This document shows positions 43,179 through 54,000 of a stretch of DNA of 64,000 nt, piece by piece. Each line of letters starts with the position of its first letter. Position 1 is the first letter of the stretch. Source of the DNA: Nitrososphaerales archaeon (GTDB lineage: Archaea > Thermoproteota > Nitrososphaeria > Nitrososphaerales > UBA213); assembly GCA_965197925.1 (NCBI GenBank), contig CBDAOC010000019.1, forward strand, positions 32,001 to 96,000. The letters run 5' to 3'. Both the position numbers and the translations under genes were made by a program. A model generated the notes under the pieces. The model made no database searches and was not told where the DNA came from. It saw only the letters and a program-made list of their open reading frames with translations.

Positions 43179-44613
43179 TAGATATTGATGACCGGGTATG
43201 ATAATAGGTATGATGTAGATGATTATGGCTCTGTAGAAACCATGCCATAAACAATCAACCCATGCATGTTGTAGGCTATCACTTTGGATGTCAACCTGTT
43301 CTGCATCTTCACCAGTCTTGATGCCATATGCCCACCAAACATCCTCTTTACCACATTCATAATTTTGGCAGGCTTGCTCTATCATGGATAGGCATGATAG
43401 GGATCTAACAGATTGATCTCACTGCAATTCTATATTCTATATACAATGGGCTAAAATCGGTATTGGGAAATAATAGTGGGAAAAAGTGGTTGGGAATGGT
43501 TGTTTTAGAAACCAGAACTAAAAATACCGCTAATCCTATATGTCAAGTTGTTCAAATAATGTACCTTAATGGTTGACTGGTCATCAGTTGTCATAATACT
43601 TCTAGGAAGTGGCGGAGTTGCAAGTTTAGTGGGTTCTGTATTAGGATATTGGCTTGATAAAAAAGCTAAAGAGAGGGCTGAAATTATTGAAATGGCTAAA
43701 TTCAGGATGGAAAAAATATCTGATAGAATTCCAGATTATGTTATTTTAATGAATCTTTGTCAATGGCTTTCTGTCTCATTGAGGCGTATCTGTGATAACA
43801 ATTCAATAAGTTCTGACCGAGCTTTTATGCTAACAATGTTTTGGTTTTATGTCAGCCTATTACAAAAATCTCGCAATGTTTTTCTATTCAGGGGGGGACT
43901 TTTACTAGCCGATCAAGACGCTGAAAGTGTTATTGCCGGGCTTTATAATATGTTTAAACAAGAAATGGACGCATTCAATTTTCTTGATGGTTCCAAGGTA
44001 CGCCAATTAATTAACGAGGATGATCCGCCGTCCGTATTGGAGCGAGTCATTAAACATGAATGTGAACCTAATCACACTGAAGCAAATGGTTATTTTGAAA
44101 CATTTGTAAATTGGGTTTGTTATCATGGAAACCGTTCAAAAATTGAACATGTTGCAGATGTCTTACAATGCATGCATGAATTGATAATGTTTGAAACTAA
44201 TTATACATTCGAGAAATGGTATAATAAGAGAATCACAGCGGCGGGACAATTAGGAAAAGAAACTCTTAACCTGTTATATGAAAAACCACTGCTTGGTAGT
44301 ATAAAGGGCGAAAAAAAGACTTTAAGGGAATCAAAGCCAGGTTATTTCAGAAAGATCTTCATAGATAGAAGATCATAAAAATTCCTAAAGCTTATCCCGT
44401 TGGTACGATGGGAACATTTGATTCCATCTTTAACATGCCAAATATATAGTATAACCACCTAATAAGCGTTATATCCTGTCATACCTAATATCATTATCAA
44501 ATCCATCCCATCTTTCTCCATTACTCATTAACTTGTTGCAATTGCTTATTCTACCATCCACCTACATGCTGGTCATCTTTATGTCAACGTTATGAGGGGA
44601 GGGCACCATCATC
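43005..44613 (+). repeat. ~63-bp imperfect direct repeat (43005-43069 / 44551-44613) flanking an AT-rich cargo gene
   Basis: CTACCAT(T/C)CACCTACATGCTGGTCATCTTTATGTCAACGTTAT(TT)GAGGGGAGG(A/G)CACCATCATC. Confidence 0.85.
43569..44378 (+). CDS. Cargo hypothetical protein with N-terminal TM anchor
   Basis: 269 aa; more AT-rich than the neighbouring element genes. Confidence 0.7.
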   Translation: MVDWSSVVIILLGSGGVASLVGSVLGYWLDKKAKERAEIIEMAKFRMEKISDRIPDYVILMNLCQWLSVSLRRICDNNSISSDRAFMLTMFWFYVSLLQKSRNVFLFRGGLLLADQDAESVIAGLYNMFKQEMDAFNFLDGSKVRQLINEDDPPSVLERVIKHECEPNHTEANGYFETFVNWVCYHGNRSKIEHVADVLQCMHELIMFETNYTFEKWYNKRITAAGQLGKETLNLLYEKPLLGSIKGEKKTLRESKPGYFRKIFIDRRS

Positions 44614-44653
44614 CAGATTTTAACGTCATAACCTATTACACCATTTCACAGTT

Positions 44654-45121
44654 ATGAGAAGCCAACTATTCCTGACAACCATTGGTATTATCACGGTCAT
44701 TGCCCTGTTGTACAATTATTCAATGGCACCAACATCATTAACACTGACCGACAGCGATCACTATTTTATTGGCGGCGGATTCTCGGGGAACACGACATCA
44801 ACGACAATCAACTACATGACGGTATTTGGTGATAGCGTATCAGGCACTTACGATGACACATACATCACCATGCCGCATAATGCAACACTGTCAAATCTGC
44901 ATGTCACACATCATGGCGCAATACCTGTAACCTTCACCTTGCATCACAATGGTACGGCAACAGGGATGACTTGCACGACAACAGGCATAATTCAGGACTG
45001 CTCCGACACGACAGATACAGTCCAAGTGGTAAAGGGCGACACAATAGCACTAGCATACACCTTGAGTTCAGGTGTTGATAGCGGTCATTTCAGGTACACA
45101 ATGGAGGTAGATCCAGCTTAA
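44654..45121 (+). CDS. Membrane-anchored beta-rich putative virion/receptor-binding protein
   Basis: N-terminal hydrophobic helix, Thr/Gly/Ser-rich, several N-x-T sequons. Confidence 0.55.
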   Translation: MRSQLFLTTIGIITVIALLYNYSMAPTSLTLTDSDHYFIGGGFSGNTTSTTINYMTVFGDSVSGTYDDTYITMPHNATLSNLHVTHHGAIPVTFTLHHNGTATGMTCTTTGIIQDCSDTTDTVQVVKGDTIALAYTLSSGVDSGHFRYTMEVDPA

Positions 45122-45169
45122 CATTTTTTTCTTTAATATATCGATACAAACCCCGTATAGGAGTTACAA

Positions 45170-45487
45170 ATGCCAACACTTGACGCAGGCCTGTTTCTCA
45201 TCATATCGGCGATTGGGTTCATCTTCATGTTCGTTTCATCAAGAACCTATATCGACGTGGCGTTTCGCTTGATACCTGTTTTCCTGTTTTTCGGCCTTGG
45301 AGTAGCACTGATAGCAGAGTATGAGGTGTCCTATATCGCAGAAAGCACTGACGGCGCCACGACGGTCACGGAAACCAGGTACATACTGCGGAACAACACG
45401 GACTGGCTGGGATGGGTATATGTGATGCTTGGAACCTTTTCTATTGTCCTATTTTACAAGGAGATAATGTACGCAAGAGAGGCATGA
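45170..45487 (+). CDS. Small three-TM putative virion membrane protein
   Basis: Hydrophobic helices; class-A promoter motif upstream. Confidence 0.65.
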   Translation: MPTLDAGLFLIISAIGFIFMFVSSRTYIDVAFRLIPVFLFFGLGVALIAEYEVSYIAESTDGATTVTETRYILRNNTDWLGWVYVMLGTFSIVLFYKEIMYAREA

Positions 45488-45505
45488 GGACAGGGGATGG
45501 CATAG

Positions 45506-45868
45506 TTGATACGGATACTGATGCGGCTATACCTACTGATGCTAGCAATCAATGTCTGCTTGGCATTTGTCACGGAGGCCTACGGTGAGGCAGGCATCAT
45601 AACGGACTTTGGAGGGTCAAGCAATCTTGAGATCCTGAATGAGAAATTCAAGTCGGAAACGGAGGACCTGTCACTGACAATCATCCCGCTTGGCGATTTC
45701 ATAGCAGCAGTACAATTATTTTTCAATATAATTGGTGGTGGATATATAATACAAATGTTGCAACTGTTCGACCTTTCGTCGACATTTGTAAGTGGCATAC
45801 AGGTGATAATCGCATTCATAACTGTGCTGGCGACAATCTACTTCATCTCGGGTCGTGGAAGCATGTGA
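45506..45868 (+). CDS. Small TM putative virion membrane protein
   Basis: N- and C-terminal hydrophobic helices ending YFISGRG. Confidence 0.65.
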   Translation: MIRILMRLYLLMLAINVCLAFVTEAYGEAGIITDFGGSSNLEILNEKFKSETEDLSLTIIPLGDFIAAVQLFFNIIGGGYIIQMLQLFDLSSTFVSGIQVIIAFITVLATIYFISGRGSM

Positions 45869-45928
45869 AGGGACCCATATATTCTTGGCAACTTTCTTTA
45901 ATATATGGTAATCGGGGTTCATTCGACA

Positions 45929-46183
45929 ATGGCAGTTAACCTGATAATACGTTTCATCATATCAATGTTTGCCCTAGGACTTGGGATGTTCATTTTCATG
46001 CCAGTACTATACCAGCTTGCCTACAACGAGGACCTATGGACAGGCTTGCCCTCGGACGTCTTGCAGACACGTGACTACGTCTATAGTATCCTGATGGCGA
46101 TGCCGTTGATTTCATTCGGTGCGTTAATCCTCTGGGGGTACATGCGGGCAACAACGCAGGACCCCTACGAACAGTATCGCTAG
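45929..46183 (+). CDS. Two-helix hydrophobic hairpin protein, candidate spindle-virus VP1/VP3-like capsid protein
   Basis: MAVNLII...FIFMPVLYQL - polar linker - ILMAMPLISFGALILWGYMR; start at 45929 fits promoter spacing. Confidence 0.5.
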   Translation: MAVNLIIRFIISMFALGLGMFIFMPVLYQLAYNEDLWTGLPSDVLQTRDYVYSILMAMPLISFGALILWGYMRATTQDPYEQYR

Positions 46184-46191
46184 GTGGTATA

Positions 46192-49100
46192 ATGGCAGGC
46201 AACGGACTGACATCCGTATTGATATGCGTAATGTTGCTGGTAGGGATGCCCTTCCTGTCGTTTTTCTCCACGGCACAACAGGCATCCCTACCATATGCGG
46301 AAGCACAAGGTCTTGAACTCGTGGAACGTGGCAGGGATTTTGAACTATATTGGAACGGCAGTACGGAACAACACACAATGGTAATAGGCGTGCCGACCTG
46401 GGTATTGGATGGTAGTGAAGGGGAAGGAGGATACAGGTCCTACACATTCAGGGAACTGGGAAACAATGTGGTCGAGGTAAAAACAGGACTGGTGTCAGGC
46501 GTGGTTTATGAGGATCATATGGAATTGTATGATCCCGACCTCACCGAACTGAGGGCGGTTGAAAGGCTTGATCTCCATATCGGCGGCAAGGTGACACTGG
46601 CATTTACAAGCCAGGTGGTTAGCCACGATACGAACGGCATAGACATAACCAACCACTATAACCTGGATCAGGACACCGTAACAATATGCACCATAAGCAT
46701 CACATATTCCTTCCAGGCAGGCAAACCCCTGTCCAGGCTAATAAGTGACAACGATTCATGCCCAAAGGGGCTATCAAAAGTACTTGACACCGTATGGCAC
46801 ATGCCGACAACAATTGATGAAGTGGATACGGCCAAATCAAATGCAACCAAATCAAGTGAATCAAATGACAAGCTATCATCGAAACCAATAACCAAGACAA
46901 ACAATAATGACATTGACAGCATACTGATGAAGAAAAATGACACGATGTGGATAAGGGAAGCCACCATGCCGAACAAGGACGTCCTTGATTCGATAAAGAT
47001 GAACAATAATAGCGTGAGATTCAGTTATGACCTTGGCCAAGATGGCATTGACTTCAGACATGCAGACACATACACGTCAGATAACCCAACGGTAGATGGT
47101 GATGTTACCGATAACGATTCAGATAGTGGTTGTAATGCAGGTGATGAAAAAATTACAAGTAACACATCACTTAGAGTTAGTAGGGGGAACTATATTGTTG
47201 CCTGTACTAGGGCATTCGTTCAATGGGATATAACCTCGATTCCTGACAGGGCCGATGTCACCAATGTCCAGTTTGGTTTTCAAATTACTGGTCCCAATAA
47301 TTCGTCAGGATGTGATTTCAAGGAGATGGACACGGAACCGGATCAGGCAAGTGCGGCAACCATATTCACTGACATTGGTGATGGCACTACATTCATCAAT
47401 TCAGACACGACATGCGACACGCAGGGCAGTAACAAGCTTGTTGACCTGGGCGTGGCTGCAGACGCAGATGTTGAGGCGCAGTTGTCAGCCGACTGGTGGG
47501 CGGTGGGAATAAAGCAGGATAATGAATCCACAATTGCAAACATGTATACATACTTTAGGTCAGAAGAATATACAACCGCAACCCCAAGACCGACATTGAC
47601 AGTAACATACACGGTTCCACCAAACAATCCACCTGTAGCAGACGCAGGCGACAGTAGGATAGTCAATGAAGGGAACAGGATCACCCTGGACGGCAGGGGG
47701 TCCAGCGACCCTGACGGTGATTCCCTGACATATTCCTGGACACAGGCTTCAGGTATCACCGTGACACTGTCCAACCCTACCGCTGTCAGGCCAAAATTCT
47801 TCGCACCGGAAGTCCCATCACTGAGAACCATGGTATTCGTATTGGTAGTCAACGATGGCACCGTGGACAGTTCACCTGACAGCGTCACCATATACGTTAT
47901 CAACACCAACGACCCACCGGTGGCAGATGCCGGTCCCGACCAGACAGTCGATGAAGGAACGAGCGTTACCCTGGATGGCGGGGATTCAAGTGACCCTGAT
48001 AATGACTCTATAACATATTCCTGGGTACAGTCTTCCGGTACCACAGTGACCCTGTCCAGCTACAGCACAACCAATCCAGTATTCACCGCACCATCCGTTT
48101 CAACACAAGCAGTCCTGGTATTTGCGTTAACTGTCAACGATGGCACAGTGAACAGCCAGGCTGACAGCGTTACCATATACGTCAACAATGTCGTGGTGAT
48201 ACCTACAACGGTAATACAGCCAATAAGACTCACACTTGCAAACACGGGCTCAGGGATAACCTACAGCGTGACGACATGCAGTGCATCACCATCAACTATT
48301 TCCGGTGACGGCATAACGCACAATATATCGGTAGATGCAGGCTGTAGCATCACGCTAACAAGTTCGATCAGCAGTACTACACGATATGTATTCGACAATG
48401 GTTCTATATCCAGGTCCTTCACCAGTTGTTCTTCAGGAACCTGTTCACTACAGTCACATGACTACTGGTACCAGCGCAATTCAGAGTTCGACATAACGAT
48501 AGTCTATGGCGGATTCATGCAGCCATTATTGAGTTACACAAAGACGGGCACGGCATTATCACAATTGTTGTCAATAGGCACAAATTCCATCTGGGCTGAT
48601 AACGGCACGCCCTGGACGGTGAGAAACCCGGAAGTATCAGGTGACGAGCGATTCATGAGCCAGGACTACACCAGTGGGATCATACCATCCATAAATGACA
48701 TGACATTCGTGCACCAGTTTAACAAGGGACTTGCATATTCACTGCCACTGGGAGGGACGCTGCCAGGCGTTCCCACCATCACATTAAGCCAGAACCAGGC
48801 ATCAATAAGCCATCCTCTTACACTGACAGTCACGGACACATGGACGGACGCAACGGGTTACACGACATCCACGATCAACAATGGTAATGAAAGATTCATG
48901 CCTCCTGGAGGTGGCGTGATAACGGACGCCACGGGTCTCACAATACCTTATTATCTGCAATATAGGTTCACGATAGGATTCACGATACACGCAGGCGGCA
49001 TGCCATTGAATGCAGCAGACAGGATCTATACCACATACGAAAATATGACCAATATAGTGATAGTGACATTTGACTCTCCAAGGTCACAGCAAATCTGGGC

Positions 49101-51128
49101 TGACAATTCCAACATAATGACATTACCACGGTTGACCACAACAAGCAATGCAGCAGAGCGGCATGTAACGCCAGGCGCAACCACCGTAACACCATCACCA
49201 GGAGGGTCGCACATACAGGTTTATTTCAACCAGTTGGCACTTGACCTCAGGACCACGGGTACACCAGTCCCGAAGCCAAGGATCACGTTCACGGGTAATG
49301 CGACCACAGTGGATGCACCACTTGGGGAAACACGGTCAACACTCTGGGCGGATCGTGGTTCAACATATACAATAGAAAGGACGGTAACGATTTCCCCTAC
49401 AGAGCGCTACAGCACGGACGCAGCAACGACAGCGGCAGTAACGGCAAGCGAGACACGCATAATACCATACCGGCATGATTTCCTTGTAGGCAACCTGGCA
49501 ACAAGCAGTAACTATGCAACCCAGAACGGCAAGGCGTTGAGGACCAAGATCACCAGTCTCAAGGTAACAATGTCAAACGGCACTTCGTTCACGGACCCCA
49601 TGGGGTGGCTTGGCCAGATGGACGGTGTAGGAACAAACAACGTGGACTGGTATGTATGGAATAGCATTAACAAGACAAATCCATCACCATTTACAATCGG
49701 TTCGGATACGACAATCACGCTACAGGGTCTTGCCGCAGACAACAACAACATCCAGATCGGCATTGACGGCAATGCAATAATCACGGCAGTGACATATGAT
49801 ACGTCCAAGTCCACATTCACCTGGACCGCTGGCATTGCAAGTTCCACAACAAGCGGCACATACGATCTTGTCGTGGACATGGTTGACGACACATACAGGG
49901 AAGAACCAACACTCCTGACGATCAACGAGGGAAGATATGCGAATACATCATCACGCTGGAATTATGATGATGAGAGACACATCTTTACATTCAAGAATGT
50001 ACGGTTCGATGACATACGATCAGAACCGGAACAATACAACAAGTTCATCCTGGGATTCTTTGCGACAGAGTTGACACTGGATATATGACGAATTCGACAA
50101 CACCAACTTCCTGGACGGCGACTATTGCGCCGAGGTGTTCGGGACACAGAACACGACCAGGACTAACCTATGCACGGACGGGCACAGCATAAATGCAACA
50201 ATCAATGGCAACGTGGAATACGTGAGGCTCACACGATCACCGCTTACGGATGACGGCTATTGGAGGGAGTTATGGGTGAGAGGTCCATCCTCGGGAAAGA
50301 CGACACTAGACTTCTTCATGACGAACCAGACAGATCGTAACCCAAAGGAATACAGGCTGTTCCTGCAGACGTCAACATCAAAATGGACCCCTGACGTAAC
50401 AGTATGGCACATCCACAAGCAAAGTGAACTGGTCGAGGACATCAGCATTGAGCGCCAAAGGATGGACTCGGAATTGAAGACACTGATGCACCTGGTTGCA
50501 GGGGAAACCTACAGGCATGAGCTATACCATATCAAGACAGGAGAGACACTGGAACTCGGGGAACTGAAGGCGGATGCAGACCTGAACAAGTTCTTCCTAC
50601 CGGAACTGGGCATTGTCTCACAGGGCGAGGTCTGGCTTGTAAACCATGTGCGTGCAAGCAACTACACGTCACTGATAGTGAACATTAGCAAGATCACACC
50701 ATCCAACATCAACCTGCACGTATATGATCTGATATCGACAGATACATGGTATAACCATACCGGTGTCACCCATATTGAACAAGTAATTCCGATCATGGCG
50801 AACAGGACGTACTACGTTACTGGGTATTCAACAAAGTCCCGAGAGTGCGGTGCTCACATTCTTCAGCCCACGCCAAAGCATAGGCATAAAGGCACTGGGA
50901 GGATTCTCGGAACTCGGCCTGGTATTCGGAGTCCCCATTGCAAACCTCTTCATCCTGTCACTGGCATCCGTGGCACTTATCAGGAACACATACATATTCT
51001 TCATAATCCTAGGTGCGGCATTGGGACTGCTCGGGCTGATTGGCATACTGTCAATTGATAACTGGGCATGGGGAATTATCACCGTCATAATAGCCATAGG
51101 TGTCATGATGGGACGTAAGAGTTCATGA
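46192..51128 (+). pseudogene. Giant adhesin/spike (signal peptide, DNRLRE-like domain, two PKD-like Ig repeats, beta-rich repeats, C-terminal TM anchor) split by two frameshifts
   Basis: ORFs 46192..50088, 50135..51058 and 50850..51128 are contiguous across frames; PPVADAG...LDG..SSDPD.D..TYSW.Q x2; RAFVQWDITSIP...RSEE....RPTLTVTY. Confidence 0.75.
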
Positions 51129-51189
51129 CACTGGAAGTGCAGTTCTATAATCTTTCTTTAATATATGATCACAATCACTTCATATTATA

Positions 51190-51645
51190 TTGCCTTTCGG
51201 AATAAGGGACAGGATAAGCAGCATCACAAAAAAATACAAGGAAAAGCAGGCTTTAAAATACAAGACCAAGAAGGAACTTGACACCATTTATGAGGAAGCG
51301 AAGGCCAAGCAAATGAAGAAAGAGGTTGCGAAGAAGGCAAGGGAAGCCGCAAAGAAGGAATCACTGAGAACCTATCCAAGACAGTCACCAATAGACCGTG
51401 TTGTCGGTGGACTGCAAGCAATGAACCGTGTTATGAAAGCGACAGATTCGGATAGGAATCCATTTGCACATGGGGTAGAGGTAAAGAAGAAGAGGAGTAA
51501 AAGTAAGAGCAAGCGTAAGACCATGAGAAACTATCTACCACAATCGAATAACTTGCTTTACAACCATCCTGCAAGGCGTAACACAACCATCATCAATAAG
51601 GACCCATTTGAGGCCGAGGGCAAAAGATGGCTTGATGGCATGTGA
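51190..51645 (+). CDS. Highly basic protein, putative nucleic-acid binding
   Basis: Lys/Arg-rich (KKKRSKSKSKRK); TTG start 33 bp after a class-A motif. Confidence 0.65.
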   Translation: MPFGIRDRISSITKKYKEKQALKYKTKKELDTIYEEAKAKQMKKEVAKKAREAAKKESLRTYPRQSPIDRVVGGLQAMNRVMKATDSDRNPFAHGVEVKKKRSKSKSKRKTMRNYLPQSNNLLYNHPARRNTTIINKDPFEAEGKRWLDGM

Positions 51646-52034
51646 AAAGGCGCACGTTGGAAAATCCAATGTTATACAGGAATTTCATAAAATCCATACG
51701 GCGTAAGGTAGGCCATGACATTGACCACATCGACCTGGAAGAGATAGACCGCACATTGGAACCTGGCGAGGCAATGAACGAGTTAGAAGAAAAATATCCT
51801 TACATTAACCTTGGTCACATCCATAGAAAGTCAGACCCTATTTCTGAAGGGATGGAAGATCTCCAGCGCATGCATGATGAACGGTCACAACGTTCACGGA
51901 CAATCGACGGCATGAAGAAGGCTAAAACAGTTTTCAAAAATCCGTTCGACCCAGACATTGGAAAATGGATGAAAGACCCACATCGTTATGACGTCTTTGG
52001 GATTGACACACCAAAACGCAAAAGGAAAAAATGA
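51642..52034 (+). CDS. Hypothetical element protein
   Basis: Coupled to the previous gene; motifs IDLEEIDRTL...LEEKYP and W.KDPHRYDVFGIDT. Confidence 0.7.
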   Translation: MKRRTLENPMLYRNFIKSIRRKVGHDIDHIDLEEIDRTLEPGEAMNELEEKYPYINLGHIHRKSDPISEGMEDLQRMHDERSQRSRTIDGMKKAKTVFKNPFDPDIGKWMKDPHRYDVFGIDTPKRKRKK

Positions 52035-52073
52035 GGGGTTAAATTGGACAAACCAATTTTATAAATCTACTGA

Positions 52074-53243
52074 TTAATATCCAGGTAAAGGTGCCAGTTC
52101 AATTGGTTCAATTGGTTCAGTCGGTGTAGTAAGTGTCTCCTCTGATTCAGGCGCAACATCTTCTTCCGATGTGGAATCAATGCCAAGGAACTTATCAGCC
52201 TGTTCCCCGACAGAGGTAATGATGCCCGATAAGTTCGACATCAGTATTGCAAACCCGAGAATACCTGCAATGACAAGTATCATGGGTATCGATTTCTTCT
52301 GCCTTTTTGACAAGCGCTTGATCTCATCATGCCCGTGCTTGATCTCGGATGCAAATATGTAGACGATCATGGGGTCATAGGCACGTAGTCCCACCAATGA
52401 AAAATTTGTATTAATCATCATTGGTTGGCGTACCCCGTATTCCTGTAGCAGCAAAGTGACATCCTCCTTATTCTTGGTCTTCTCTACAAGTTTGGCAATA
52501 TCCTTCTTCTCTAATACCCTGGAGCCAGAATCCATGGGATAGAAGTATAGCTGTTGTCTTTTGGAATTATATGCATACCCTCTCCGTTGCTCAAGTATTC
52601 CATGCTTCGAAAAGGAGTGGCTCTTCCCAAACGGCAATTTAATGATGTCAATATGCCTGTTTGGCAGTTCAACAATGGCTGCGGCATTCCATCCTTTTGG
52701 AAACGTGGACTTCATGTTCTTACTGTACCTCTCGAACATCTTGCCCCTGTAATGCACTTCCGTAATCAGGGAAACAAGTCCATCGTCATCATGCTCACTA
52801 TATGAACACACAAACCGCTTGACACTGGCATCCAGGGAAGTGATATTATTGACACAGTCCTGGACATCATAGTCGGAATCACGGTCCCCATTATCAGATA
52901 CACCTTCCGAAACTGTTGCCTTGACCTCTTCATCTATGCGTCTCAGGTTCTGGAATGACTTGCATTCCATTAGCGTATCACATTCCTCCTTGGCCAAGAA
53001 TGACATGAGTTTGTTTACGGAATGTAAGTCAATAGGCTTCCCATTGGTAGAATCATAAAAGTATATCAACTGCTTGCCATACCTGTATGCGTACTTGCTC
53101 TCGACCTGGTAGACACCATACTTGCATACAAAGAACCGTCCCTTTATTGCACGCATTGATATGAACTCAACGGTCTTGTTGGGCATGATCAACACGGCGA
53201 TTGGGTATCGTGTGTACCTCATGTTAAAAACTGGTATCGTCAT
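52074..53243 (-). CDS. Protein with an internal domain duplication and C-terminal TM
   Basis: Two PN..V/I...K.G....YAY...Q.LYFY repeats; TM IPMILVIAGILGFAIL; acidic Pro-rich tail. Confidence 0.75.
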   Translation of the reverse strand: MTIPVFNMRYTRYPIAVLIMPNKTVEFISMRAIKGRFFVCKYGVYQVESKYAYRYGKQLIYFYDSTNGKPIDLHSVNKLMSFLAKEECDTLMECKSFQNLRRIDEEVKATVSEGVSDNGDRDSDYDVQDCVNNITSLDASVKRFVCSYSEHDDDGLVSLITEVHYRGKMFERYSKNMKSTFPKGWNAAAIVELPNRHIDIIKLPFGKSHSFSKHGILEQRRGYAYNSKRQQLYFYPMDSGSRVLEKKDIAKLVEKTKNKEDVTLLLQEYGVRQPMMINTNFSLVGLRAYDPMIVYIFASEIKHGHDEIKRLSKRQKKSIPMILVIAGILGFAILMSNLSGIITSVGEQADKFLGIDSTSEEDVAPESEETLTTPTEPIEPIELAPLPGY

Positions 53244-53290
53244 ACCATTGCCTTATTTTCTTTAATATATGACGTTACATTTCAAACCCC

Positions 53291-53599
53291 ATGCCGACAT
53301 GTTTTGAACTTGGTAACTGCGATATCGCTGCAAAACCACTTGAAACAATCCTACTTCCATTCACCAACCTGATAGGCGACTTCATATACCCGGCATTCTG
53401 GGGATCAATCCTCTTCATTATATGGCTGCGTACCCATGACTCGACATTTGTCGGATTGGTAGGCGTGATAATAAGCACGGCCTTCATAGGCGGTGCCGTG
53501 ACGCTACTGCCCGAAGCCCTCTATATTGGAATCATGTTGTTGGGCGTGTCGGTAGGCATATCACTCTACAGATTATTAACAGAGCGATTGTTCAACTAA
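53291..53599 (+). CDS. Three-TM small membrane protein
   Basis: Hydrophobic 102-aa ORF with class-A promoter motif. Confidence 0.7.
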   Translation: MPTCFELGNCDIAAKPLETILLPFTNLIGDFIYPAFWGSILFIIWLRTHDSTFVGLVGVIISTAFIGGAVTLLPEALYIGIMLLGVSVGISLYRLLTERLFN

Positions 53600-53638
53600 A
53601 AATTTAACGTCATAACCTATGTCGTACAACATCAACCA

Positions 53639-53998
53639 TTGTCAAGCGATAGACTGATGGAACTTATACAGGAGAGCAACAGCAACAGGCAAGGCGATAG
53701 CTACTACCCTGATCCCATGAGACAACTCTACTCTTCAATGATAAGCACTGATGCCCTTCCACTGGTGGTCTTTGAAATCGAACACATACCGTTACTGATT
53801 CATGCATTGCCACCAAAACTAAGGCATCTTGCAAGGGATTATTATAATCTGTTCATCCGGTCACTGACTGCAACCAGGTCAATCAACGGCGCCCTGATAA
53901 AGGAGTTGACACAGACCAAGGTGCGCTATGAGTACGATGATGTAAAGGGCAAGAAGGGCATCAACAAGATGTTTGCGCCCAAGGGTGAGCAGGCATAG
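53639..53998 (+). CDS. Conserved element protein (homologue of 7887..8246)
   Basis: Near-identical 119-aa protein. Confidence 0.8.
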   Translation: MSSDRLMELIQESNSNRQGDSYYPDPMRQLYSSMISTDALPLVVFEIEHIPLLIHALPPKLRHLARDYYNLFIRSLTATRSINGALIKELTQTKVRYEYDDVKGKKGINKMFAPKGEQA

Positions 53999-54000
53999 GT

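Noticed and set aside
43005..44613. Diversity-generating retroelement TR/VR pair
   Set aside because: Differences include T/C and an indel rather than adenine-specific changes, and no reverse transcriptase is visible
47343..48044. 233-aa minus-strand ORF and similar ORFs within the adhesin
   Set aside because: Antisense shadows of a gene with clear domain motifs
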